From a virus, in the IMG/VR virus record IMGVR_UViG_3300023202_000068, positions 64,001 to 128,000 of that record: a stretch of 64,000 nt of DNA. One strand, written 5' to 3'. The notes beneath the pieces are model-generated. The model saw only the letters and a program-made list of their open reading frames with translations. It was not told where the DNA came from and ran no database searches. Shown here piece after piece: positions 55,865-64,000 of the stretch (within the stretch, counting starts at the first letter, position 1; the number at the start of each line of letters is the position of its first letter). The position numbers and the translations under genes are program-made.

Positions 55865-57213
55865 TGAGTATTACAGGTAAGAATACAAAATCTATTAGAA
55901 AAAAAGATGTTAAGGAAAGCAAAAGTCTTTCAAGTGGCTTTGTTAAACTTACATTTGCACATGAGGCATCTGCTGGAGAAACTGGAATTAATCTAGGCTC
56001 ATTAGTAACACCTGCAAGCTGGACATCACAAGGAAACACACAACCATCCACACAAAGACTTCTTGAAGCCAAGCTTTTTCAATTCAAAGACAATTTAAAG
56101 ATAGTTTCCTCTCTTCGTGGTGAGTTGATGAAGATTTCATACAGAGTATCTTCTAACTCACAAATTACATTCAACGGATTTGCCGCTGAAGAAGGTGAGA
56201 TATTTGAAGGAACTATAGACTCAAACCCAGTCAGTGGTATCCAGGTAATTGATGCAAAACAGCCAGTTGCCGATGGTGATCTTGCAGATGGAGATACAGA
56301 CTTCCCGATTGGCTTCACAACTAGAACTAATGCAGATCAAATTGTAGTTTTTAGAAACGGACTAGAACAAAAGAGAAACTCAAACAATAGCTCAACCGTT
56401 ACAGACGGCAACTACTACGTTGTAGACAACGGCTCTGGATATGGGTCTCTTATTAGGTTTAACGTAGCTGCTTCTGGTTCTAACGACTATGTTAAAGTTA
56501 CAGCAATCGGTGGTGTTGTAGAAAGCCCCACTAATTCAACTTGGGATGAGCTTGAAAAAGTACAAGGTCAGATTGACGCAATTGTACCTACGGTATCTGC
56601 ACTCGCAGGTGTGCCTGAAACAGACTTTCAAGCCGCACCTAATAATGTTGACCTTAGACAGTTTGGTGCTGTTTTGAATGGGCTTCTAGATGTAAGAGTT
56701 CCTATTGTTTCAGATTGGGTTAGCTTTACACCAACTGGTACATGGACTAATACGACATACAGCGGAAGATGGAGACAGGTTTTAGATCACTACGAAATTG
56801 AGTATGAAATAGATATTACCGGAGCACCTGCTGGTGGAATTCAAGACCTATCAATCCCGGTAGGTGAAAACATTGACTTTACGGGTCTAGCTTATTCAGA
56901 TATAGGAATTAGTGTTGGTTGGGGCACCAGTACAGCAAATGCGCAGTCTTCAGGATTTAATATATATGGCTACATAAATTCAGGATTTGGTGATATTGTA
57001 AGGCTTAGAGCTGAAAGAATTGACGTGAATGGACCAAATGGTGAAGAAACCCCTAGGGAAGACAATTTAGGTAGCGGTGGATATGAAATGAACAGTGTAT
57101 CTAACAACTGGAATTCAAATGACAAGATAAGCCTAAAAGTGACTATACCTATACAAGGTCTCAATTCACACCAAACTCTTAAAGAGCACCTAGAAGATAA
57201 GGGGATTTTATAA
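55864..57213 (+). CDS. tail fibre protein
   Basis: SDWVSFTPTGTW...GRWRQV head-domain-like motif. Confidence 0.65.
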   Translation: MSITGKNTKSIRKKDVKESKSLSSGFVKLTFAHEASAGETGINLGSLVTPASWTSQGNTQPSTQRLLEAKLFQFKDNLKIVSSLRGELMKISYRVSSNSQITFNGFAAEEGEIFEGTIDSNPVSGIQVIDAKQPVADGDLADGDTDFPIGFTTRTNADQIVVFRNGLEQKRNSNNSSTVTDGNYYVVDNGSGYGSLIRFNVAASGSNDYVKVTAIGGVVESPTNSTWDELEKVQGQIDAIVPTVSALAGVPETDFQAAPNNVDLRQFGAVLNGLLDVRVPIVSDWVSFTPTGTWTNTTYSGRWRQVLDHYEIEYEIDITGAPAGGIQDLSIPVGENIDFTGLAYSDIGISVGWGTSTANAQSSGFNIYGYINSGFGDIVRLRAERIDVNGPNGEETPREDNLGSGGYEMNSVSNNWNSNDKISLKVTIPIQGLNSHQTLKEHLEDKGIL

Positions 57214-57710
57214 TGGCTTTGATAAAAATACCGATAATTAATGAAGTAAAAATAGATGCAAGCCAAGTCGGTGACGTTGTAGAGTCTATGCTTACTGAAA
57301 CTCAGTTTCAAGCTATAAGAGGCAGCAACTGGGTATTAATGGATGGGAGAAATGTTGCAGGTACTACTTATGCAAATATCACAGGTAATAGCACAATTCC
57401 AGATGCTAGAGGTGTTGCACTAAGAGGTAAGAACAACGGCAGATCTAATTCTACTGGAAACCAAAGTGGCGATTTAGCATTAGGCACTTATCAAGCAGAT
57501 GAATTTGAATCACACGATCACATTATGAACGGTGAGTATTTTAACTCTACTGGGGCTGCTGCAGGAAACCAATACAATAATCCAAGTAAGGTATCAGGTG
57601 GGGCAGGTGCCACTAACTTTACTTTTAACAGGAATGCAATGGAATCTGAGGGCGGCAACGAAACCAGAATGCGTAACATTACCGTTAACATTTTTATAAA
57701 GGTAGACTAA
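57213..57710 (+). CDS. tail collar domain protein
   Basis: WVLMDGR, IPDARGVALRG, GTYQADEFESHDH, GNETRMRNITVNIFIK. Confidence 0.8.
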   Translation: MALIKIPIINEVKIDASQVGDVVESMLTETQFQAIRGSNWVLMDGRNVAGTTYANITGNSTIPDARGVALRGKNNGRSNSTGNQSGDLALGTYQADEFESHDHIMNGEYFNSTGAAAGNQYNNPSKVSGGAGATNFTFNRNAMESEGGNETRMRNITVNIFIKVD

Positions 57711-57711
57711 T

Positions 57712-58815
57712 ATGAGCTTGACACCGAGACTGGATAAATTAGATCAAAACCTGCTAATTAATGGCAACTTCGCCTTTAATCAAAGAGGCGATGATACGAA
57801 TGTAGACGACAATAGGTATGTATTGGATCGCTGGATTATTCAAAGAGAGAGTGCAGCTTCAACTATTTTAGAGGTTACACAAGAAAGCGGTGATGTACCA
57901 TTAAATTCTAATAGTAGACATTCAATGAAAGTAAATGTTGGCACTGCATCTGGCGCACCGGCAATAGCAGCTAGAAGAGTTAAGCTTTCTCAATATGTTG
58001 AAGGACATATGATGCCTCAAGTAATAGGTAAAAGAGCTAAGTTAAGATTTTGGGTTAAGTCAAATCTAGCACAGACTTTTGCCTTCGGCATAAGGTCAAA
58101 CGGCTCTGGGGTGCACTATTTTTTAACAGAGTACACTATCAATGCAGCAGATACTTGGGAGTTGAAAGAAATATTACTTCCAGAGTTTGTTTCGTCTATT
58201 GATTGGCAGGCAAATACAAACAATAGAGCAGCACTTTTTGATTGGGCTTTAGATGTGGGTACAGATTTTCATGGCGCAACAAACACGGCTTTTCAACCAG
58301 GAACTGCTCAAGCTCCGACAGGCTATGACACTCAGTTCTGTGATACTTTAAATAACTACATGCAAATCGCAGATGTAGTAGTTATGCCATATGAGATTAA
58401 CTCACCGGCTCCAGGTATTGAAGGGTTTACATACGCTGGTAGAAACTATATGGAAGAATTTCAGCTTTGTCAAAGATATCTATATGTTCCGTATGATCCC
58501 GAAGTAGGGTCAATACAACACATCGGTCACGGTAGAAACTTTGCGAGCAATCAGGGTAATATATCTTTAGAGTTTCCAGTAAAAATGAGAGCTGTCCCAA
58601 CTTTGATTACAGGAGGAACAATTTCTGATTTTAAGGCCCATAATGGAACAGGTTCGGGTGACATTAGTATAACCAGTTTTACCCAAGGAAACACAGGGCC
58701 CTTAAGGTCGAATATAAATGTATTCGCTTCTCCAATGAATGCTGGAGGGGCCTGTACTACCAGAAGAATCCCCACAGGCACTCCAGGCTTTTTATACTTT
58801 GACGCAGAACTATAA
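57712..58815 (+). CDS. receptor-binding/tail fibre protein, paralog B
   Basis: NLLINGNFAFNQRG...EFQLCQRY...MRAVP...DAEL. Confidence 0.75.
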   Translation: MSLTPRLDKLDQNLLINGNFAFNQRGDDTNVDDNRYVLDRWIIQRESAASTILEVTQESGDVPLNSNSRHSMKVNVGTASGAPAIAARRVKLSQYVEGHMMPQVIGKRAKLRFWVKSNLAQTFAFGIRSNGSGVHYFLTEYTINAADTWELKEILLPEFVSSIDWQANTNNRAALFDWALDVGTDFHGATNTAFQPGTAQAPTGYDTQFCDTLNNYMQIADVVVMPYEINSPAPGIEGFTYAGRNYMEEFQLCQRYLYVPYDPEVGSIQHIGHGRNFASNQGNISLEFPVKMRAVPTLITGGTISDFKAHNGTGSGDISITSFTQGNTGPLRSNINVFASPMNAGGACTTRRIPTGTPGFLYFDAEL

Positions 58816-58824
58816 GGAATTATT

Positions 58825-59847
58825 ATGGCTAAAACACCAGAAATTGACTTAAGACAAGATTATCAAAGAAACTATATTATCAATGGTAATTTTGACTTTT
58901 GGCAAAGAGGAACAGGGCCTATTTCTGTATCCGGTGCGGCCAACCCTACCTATGCTGCTGATAGATTCTTTATAGCAGGTAATGGTGCTAGTGCTGTTGA
59001 AATGAATAGGTCTACAGACATACCTACAGAAGCTGAATCTAAATTTCAATCAAACTATTCCCTATTTGTAGATGTAACTACGGCAGACGCATCACCGACA
59101 TCGGGAGATCGCAGGTGGATGGGATACAGAGTTGAAGGTACTGACATGCAGGGGTTACTTGGCAAAAACATATCTGTATCTTTTTGGGTAAAGGCCACTA
59201 AGGCTGGGATTAATTCTTTGGCGTTTAGAAATCAATCTACAGATAGATCATACGTAGCCGAATACACCATCAACTCTCCAAATACTTGGGAAAATAAAGT
59301 TATAACTATCCCTTTCGTAAACTCAGGATCTTGGGATGTAGATAACACATTGGGGTTGGAAATAGCATGGCCATTAATGCCGGATGCTGCGCTTGAAACA
59401 TCAACCATTGGTGAGTGGCAAAGTGGGAACTTTTTAGCATCTTCAAATCAAGTAAATCACATGGACAGCACCGCTAACGAATTCAGAATCGCACAAGTTC
59501 AACTTATAGAAGGGTCTGAAGATCTTCCGTTTAGGAGAGCTGGTAGGAACATTGGTGAAGAATTTTCAATGTGCCAAAGATACTTTCAGAAAGTGGTAGG
59601 TCGTTGGTATGGAGTTGCTCCAAATACAGGTAGAACTAGAAACAATGTTACTTACGCTACCCAAATGAGGGCTATACCTACAGCAACAAAAGACGCAGCA
59701 CTATCAACAAATAGCACAAGGTATCCTGCTGGAAATTCTGAAGTAGCAAACATAGATGAATCTTCAGTCATGACTCGTTGGATTCCCAACAGTACTGGTG
59801 GAAATGATGGGTGGTCTTTATTTCTTGATTTAGAAGCAGAACTTTAA
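58825..59847 (+). CDS. receptor-binding/tail fibre protein, paralog C
   Basis: NYIINGNFDFWQRG...EFSMCQRYF...MRAIP...EAEL. Confidence 0.75.
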   Translation: MAKTPEIDLRQDYQRNYIINGNFDFWQRGTGPISVSGAANPTYAADRFFIAGNGASAVEMNRSTDIPTEAESKFQSNYSLFVDVTTADASPTSGDRRWMGYRVEGTDMQGLLGKNISVSFWVKATKAGINSLAFRNQSTDRSYVAEYTINSPNTWENKVITIPFVNSGSWDVDNTLGLEIAWPLMPDAALETSTIGEWQSGNFLASSNQVNHMDSTANEFRIAQVQLIEGSEDLPFRRAGRNIGEEFSMCQRYFQKVVGRWYGVAPNTGRTRNNVTYATQMRAIPTATKDAALSTNSTRYPAGNSEVANIDESSVMTRWIPNSTGGNDGWSLFLDLEAEL

Positions 59848-59895
59848 CCTTATACAAAATAAGTAAATGGCAAAATTAGCCAGAAGGAGAATAAA

Positions 59896-60525
59896 ATGGC
59901 AAGAATAGCAATTGTAATGAAAGTAACACAAGGACCTTGGACTGAAGGTCAAATCGCAACATGGTATGACGCAGAAGCACCTAATCAAAAAGGATATGGT
60001 GGACCATGGGGTAACGCCTCTATGTCTGAACACGTTCAACTAGGTGAAGGTCTAGATGAGAGAAAAGTTGTTTCAGAACTAGTTCCAGATACATGGACTA
60101 AAGAGGGTGAAAGCGATGTTACTGAAGACCCAAATGATCTAGAGTGGACATTTGTTCCAGAACATTATGCACTAGTAGAGGATGCGACTAAGGCTTCTGA
60201 AGTAGACGCTGCCGACGCAGACGCTGCCGTAAGAGGTGCTTTAAGATCAGCAATGGCTCTTGGCAATCAAATTATCGAAGACTTTGCAGCAGAGAATATT
60301 GTACTTGGAATTACTGCAGATGGAATGACTGGTGATGTTTTGACAGCTATGGCACCTGTAATGGATGCACTTAGAACTGGCTCACTTCACGAGGCAATTG
60401 CAAGAGCAAAGGCAATTCCAGCAGAAGATAAAGATGTAAAATATGTTACAGATGCAAGGTTACTTGAAGCTGTAAACAGAATGGAAGAGCACTTAGGAAT
60501 TGACCCTATCTCTGCAACTCTGTAG
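59896..60525 (+). CDS. probable tail fibre assembly/accessory protein
   Basis: AAGGAG RBS; last gene of the fibre cluster. Confidence 0.5.
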   Translation: MARIAIVMKVTQGPWTEGQIATWYDAEAPNQKGYGGPWGNASMSEHVQLGEGLDERKVVSELVPDTWTKEGESDVTEDPNDLEWTFVPEHYALVEDATKASEVDAADADAAVRGALRSAMALGNQIIEDFAAENIVLGITADGMTGDVLTAMAPVMDALRTGSLHEAIARAKAIPAEDKDVKYVTDARLLEAVNRMEEHLGIDPISATL

Positions 60526-60526
60526 G

Positions 60527-61372
60527 TTACACTGTCATCTTAAGAGATTTTAAATATAAAGGTTTATACTTAATATCAAGGCTGAAATCATCAGCCTTGA
60601 ATTTTTTTGAGGTCGGCTTATATATAAGGTTAGGGATTTCGTAAGTACCTTTTTTAGGATTTAGCTTGTTTGCCATCTCCTTAACGTCAGGTTCGTGATT
60701 TGGGTACACATGACAGTCCCCACCAATCCATGTAAAAGTTCCAGGCTTTCTCCCAGACCGATGGGATAAATAAAGCATAAGAGCCCAGTACTGAATCCAA
60801 TTATGCGGTACACCGAGAACCATATCACAACTTCTTTGATACATAGTAAGGTGAACAGAGTCGTTGGACGGCTCTACAAAGGCTTGTATCACGGTACCAT
60901 GGCAATTTGTAATCGGAGTATTTGCATCCAACATGTCTGCAGTGTTCCACGTGGTAATTACGTTTCTGCGACTTCCAGGGTCATTGGTTAAAGTATCAAT
61001 CATATATTCAACTTGATCTACGCTGTTGCTAATGCCAAAGAAATTTCTGAGCTGTCTTGAGTAGTTATTTGGGATAAACCCGTCATTATCAGCCCAAGGC
61101 TTCCACCAGCTATGTACTTTCTTATCCAAGTCATTGATATTGTTACTGCCAGATAAAAACCACTCAAACTCTCTAAGTGCATTTTTCCAAGCAGTTCTTC
61201 TGACAGTTACAAGTGGAGTCTGGGTAAAAGTTACCATAGAGTTTAAAAGACGCTTTGTTGTTGCGTTTCTCGTTTGAACTTCAGAGCCAACTTTTACGAT
61301 TGAGTTCAGGTGGTGCATGAAGATCTGATCAACGGGGTTAGACCGTCTCATCGTAGAGTTAATACTACCCAT
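60527..61372 (-). CDS. thyA: thymidylate synthase
   Basis: EFEWFLSG, DQV, SRR..ITTWN, NCH (catalytic Cys), YQRSCDMVLGVPHN, GDCHVY.NH. Confidence 0.92.
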   Translation of the reverse strand: MGSINSTMRRSNPVDQIFMHHLNSIVKVGSEVQTRNATTKRLLNSMVTFTQTPLVTVRRTAWKNALREFEWFLSGSNNINDLDKKVHSWWKPWADNDGFIPNNYSRQLRNFFGISNSVDQVEYMIDTLTNDPGSRRNVITTWNTADMLDANTPITNCHGTVIQAFVEPSNDSVHLTMYQRSCDMVLGVPHNWIQYWALMLYLSHRSGRKPGTFTWIGGDCHVYPNHEPDVKEMANKLNPKKGTYEIPNLIYKPTSKKFKADDFSLDIKYKPLYLKSLKMTV

Positions 61373-61541
61373 TAGAAACCTCAGTCAAGTCGCCTTCTAA
61401 AGAAAAGCTGAAGTAAACACCTGCAGTTGTTTCGATAAACAAGGTGTCTTTTTCTTCATTGTCTAGCTCTTCGAAGTCGATCTCCGCTTTTTCCAGTAAA
61501 TTTCTAATAACCTCTAGGTCTGTAGATACTACTGCACTCAT
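61365..61541 (-). CDS. small acidic hypothetical protein (58 aa)
   Basis: MSAVVSTDLEVIRNLLEKAEIDFEE...; overlaps both neighbours; below the ORF-track cutoff. Confidence 0.55.
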   Translation of the reverse strand: MSAVVSTDLEVIRNLLEKAEIDFEELDNEEKDTLFIETTAGVYFSFSLEGDLTEVSNG

Positions 61542-62500
61542 ACCCTATCCTCCTTTAAAATAGATTGAATCGCCTCTTGCGTAACTTTTCTTGTTTGTCC
61601 TAAACTAATTCTAATAGTTTCATGATCTAACTGTGTATATATTACACCAGCATTCTTTAAAATATCAAGTGCTTTAGAGTCTGGCTTTACACACCAAAAC
61701 ATACCTACATTTGGTATCTCTTGACCATCGAATAAGTGCATAATTTCCTGCATATCTTCCTTGTTATCTGCCAAGGCGTAGTGTCCACGTCTGATAAACT
61801 GATCTAAGTCTATGGTGCTAAGAATATTCATCACTAAGAGCTGGCTAGGCTGCGATATGGTCACCGTATCGGCCCTTAAGACGGTGCTAACTTCACCGTA
61901 TAGGTTATCACTATTAGTGGCAAACCACCCAATACGAGCCCCAGGAATACCTAAGAGCTTGCTTGTAGAGCCTATCATGGCATCGTGCTTTGGATACTTG
62001 TTTAAGTCTGCGTTGTAAATCTTACTGTGATAAACAGCGTCCCAATAAACAATCCCACTATCCTTTGTGCTTTGATTACCCATGGGGTTACCAGGAGAAT
62101 CAATCAGATAAAATATCTTATCGTTTTTTTCCATGTCGGACATTAAGGGACCGTTTTTAACACGCATGAGGTTTGAATACTTAACCATGTTGTCATAGAG
62201 TGGGTAGCCATACTTGTTCATCCCAACCCACCCGTAACCTTCTTCTTTGGAGTATCTGAAAACACAGTTAATAGCGTGAGTGGCTCCAGCAGTAATTAAT
62301 ACATGTTTATACTCAAATCCAGTGGTGGTCTTAATTACGTCTTTAATTTGATCTTGTAAGACTTTAAAGCCTTCAGTAGAGCCGTAATCTAAGTGTCCTG
62401 TGTCTGGTCCCATAATCACAGGTCCAACCATACTTCCCATTAGCTCCATTAAAAAGTAAGGATTACCCCAGCCCAGATCAAAGGTCTTTTTCTTGTCCAC
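61538..62500 (-). CDS. fold-type I PLP-dependent enzyme (alliinase/TAA1-like aminotransferase)
   Basis: DLGWGNP, TAGATHAI, DSPGNPMG, WDAVYH, STSKLLGIPGARIGW (PLP Lys), IRIS. Confidence 0.8.
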   Translation of the reverse strand: MDKKKTFDLGWGNPYFLMELMGSMVGPVIMGPDTGHLDYGSTEGFKVLQDQIKDVIKTTTGFEYKHVLITAGATHAINCVFRYSKEEGYGWVGMNKYGYPLYDNMVKYSNLMRVKNGPLMSDMEKNDKIFYLIDSPGNPMGNQSTKDSGIVYWDAVYHSKIYNADLNKYPKHDAMIGSTSKLLGIPGARIGWFATNSDNLYGEVSTVLRADTVTISQPSQLLVMNILSTIDLDQFIRRGHYALADNKEDMQEIMHLFDGQEIPNVGMFWCVKPDSKALDILKNAGVIYTQLDHETIRISLGQTRKVTQEAIQSILKEDRV

Positions 62501-62984
62501 TCGCCTTCTCCTTCATCTCTTTAACGACAACATCCACCTCTCTTAAGTGAAACTGCTTCTTAATGTCAAAGATCTTTTCAACCAACTCTTCCATAGCCTC
62601 GTTTGTCATATCATGAGCCTTAGCAAGGTCAGCTACCTTTTCGTTCCTGTAAGTCTTATACCTTTTGTCCCTGTCGAGATCAGATAACATCTGTCTTAAA
62701 ACATGCGGTACTATGTAATCTTTCCACTCAGGAACCCAACCTGTTTTTTTACAAACCTTAACCATCTTGCCAGCTATCGGCAAATCAATCCACTCGTGCA
62801 AGTCACCATTCTTTATCATTTCATCGCGCTTTTTATTTAACTCATTATACGTGGCTTTAGCTTGCATTTGAATTTGAAACATTTTCAAAGCAACAATAGA
62901 TCTCTTTAAGAAGAAGAAAAACATGTAGAAGAGAAAGCCCATCATGGCTGCAGACATTAAAATTAAACTAGTAAGTTCGTCCAT
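62478..62984 (-). CDS. membrane-anchored hypothetical protein
   Basis: N-terminal TM helix. Confidence 0.65.
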   Translation of the reverse strand: MDELTSLILMSAAMMGFLFYMFFFFLKRSIVALKMFQIQMQAKATYNELNKKRDEMIKNGDLHEWIDLPIAGKMVKVCKKTGWVPEWKDYIVPHVLRQMLSDLDRDKRYKTYRNEKVADLAKAHDMTNEAMEELVEKIFDIKKQFHLREVDVVVKEMKEKASGQEKDL

Positions 62985-63613
62985 TATACCACCTCGTCAA
63001 TTACGCCATGCTCTAAGCACTCATCTGCAAACAAGAAATGGTCTAGGTGTTTTCCAAACTCAAGCCAAAATTCCTTAGGCTTATTGCTCATCTCACCCAT
63101 CCACTTAGCCCACAACTCTTCTTCCCTATCAGCTTGACCTACGTAGTTCTTAATTTCTGAATGTCTACCACCCACGTCGTAGCTAGACTCATGGTGCATG
63201 AAGGTCGCATATTCACTCATTTTCCTAGCATCACCACAGGCTAGAATAATAGTAGCTGCAGACATAATACAACCATACCCTACAGTGGTAATGTAGCACT
63301 TTGAACTTTTCAACCTACCAACAATAGCCAGGGCTTCGTATACAGACCCACCTTCTGAGAAAATCTTAATCGTAACACCTTTTTTACTACCACGCTCAAA
63401 CTCACTCATGGCGGCATCTATAATGTCAAACATTGGATACTCGATAGGTCCAGTCAGTGTGATAGTTCTATCTTTAAAGTTCACACCTCTGTCAAATAGA
63501 TATTCAAGATGCATAGCGGTTTGAGACAGCTTAGTATCTGTAGCCTTGACAGCAGAAAATACGTTAGAGTTCCTTTGCGGATTTGGTCGTTTTGTTTTAT
63601 GTTTCATATTCAC
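62984..63613 (-). CDS. clpP: ClpP-like protease
   Basis: RTITLTGPI, SEGGSV, GCIMSAA (Ser), FMHH (His), DHFLFADECLEHGVIDEV. Confidence 0.85.
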   Translation of the reverse strand: MNMKHKTKRPNPQRNSNVFSAVKATDTKLSQTAMHLEYLFDRGVNFKDRTITLTGPIEYPMFDIIDAAMSEFERGSKKGVTIKIFSEGGSVYEALAIVGRLKSSKCYITTVGYGCIMSAATIILACGDARKMSEYATFMHHESSYDVGGRHSEIKNYVGQADREEELWAKWMGEMSNKPKEFWLEFGKHLDHFLFADECLEHGVIDEVV

Positions 63614-64000
63614 CTGTCTTTATACGCTGATCTAATGCAGTTAAGTAGTTCGCTTTTTTTGAAATCATTAGACTCAACAAAATACTTATCACATATACCT
63701 TCAGCAGTTTCTGGGCTTACTCCGTTAAGAGCCATAAAGCTCGCAACACTAAACCAAGACTCGTTTCTGTTTTCCTGAACCCCTTCTCTTAGTCTTTGTA
63801 ATTTTTTTATAACAGAAATGGGGAGTTCAGATTCCCCAATTAGTTTATCATACTCTTTTATCTTCGGTTTTGCAATAACTGGTTTTTTATCAATATGCTG
63901 AGCTAGCCAGTTGTTTACGTCATCTTGTGTCACTCTACCACCTATTTCTATAAGAGCTTGCATCATAGCTTTACCATTTTTTCTACGATTACCTGGAAAT
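63610..64000 (-). CDS. primase C-terminal region (partial; ORF runs off the window edge)
   Basis: frame is open to the edge (FPGNRRKNGKAMMQAL); RNESWF...SELLNCIRSAY resembles PriCT. Confidence 0.6.
   Translation of the reverse strand, partial: FPGNRRKNGKAMMQALIEIGGRVTQDDVNNWLAQHIDKKPVIAKPKIKEYDKLIGESELPISVIKKLQRLREGVQENRNESWFSVASFMALNGVSPETAEGICDKYFVESNDFKKSELLNCIRSAYKDR

Noticed and set aside
54069-59847. Diversity-generating retroelement or shufflon acting on fibre genes
   Set aside because: No reverse transcriptase, recombinase, TR/VR pair or inverted crossover sites seen in the window.
35456-60039. Numerous minus-strand ORFs of 60-170 aa inside structural genes
   Set aside because: Antisense shadows of long plus-strand genes, with no RBS or recognisable motifs.
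1-64000. Genome-wide stop-codon reassignment
   Set aside because: TAA, TAG and TGA all end well-coupled genes, and coding density is high under code 11; only one suspicious TGA was found.
1-64000. CRISPR array, rRNA, integrase, introns or inteins
   Set aside because: No regularly spaced repeats or recognisable signatures; enzyme ORFs have normal lengths.

Overview
This is a 64-kb, gene-dense, mostly plus-strand segment of a large lytic myovirus (contractile-tail dsDNA phage). The host is Gram-negative, judged from lipoproteins and C-terminal beta-strand/Phe outer-membrane-type proteins; a marine Bdellovibrionota-like host is only a guess. Layout: (1) 1-7.8 kb, small early genes, a Pol-beta/RlaP nucleotidyltransferase, a DUF3445-like protein and an NAD+ salvage pair (NadM-Nudix + NAMPT, NARP2-type). 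(2) 8-13.4 kb, an isolated tail island (tape measure, hub, spike). (3) 13.4-32.8 kb, accessory genes: envelope proteins, one atypical tRNA-Ile, 2OG-Fe(II) oxygenases, class II aldolase, UDG-like protein, PNK/phosphatase, RNA ligase 1, phosphoesterases, CYTH, HNH, dTMP kinase and MazG. (4) 32.8-60.5 kb, baseplate and tail fibre/receptor-binding genes. (5) 60.5-64 kb, minus-strand thyA, PLP enzyme, ClpP and a partial primase. The best novel candidates are: two ~70-nt promoter/hairpin/anti-Shine-Dalgarno/terminator small-RNA units complementary to the translation start of the next gene; a duplicated 'fibrous lipoprotein + small beta-anchor' two-gene module; an AATCTTTA(A/T) late-promoter motif marking the morphogenesis islands; a Tat-signal protein carrying a capsid-like segment; and an in-frame TGA at a probable Trp position. 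All calls come from reading motifs by eye; no database searches were run.
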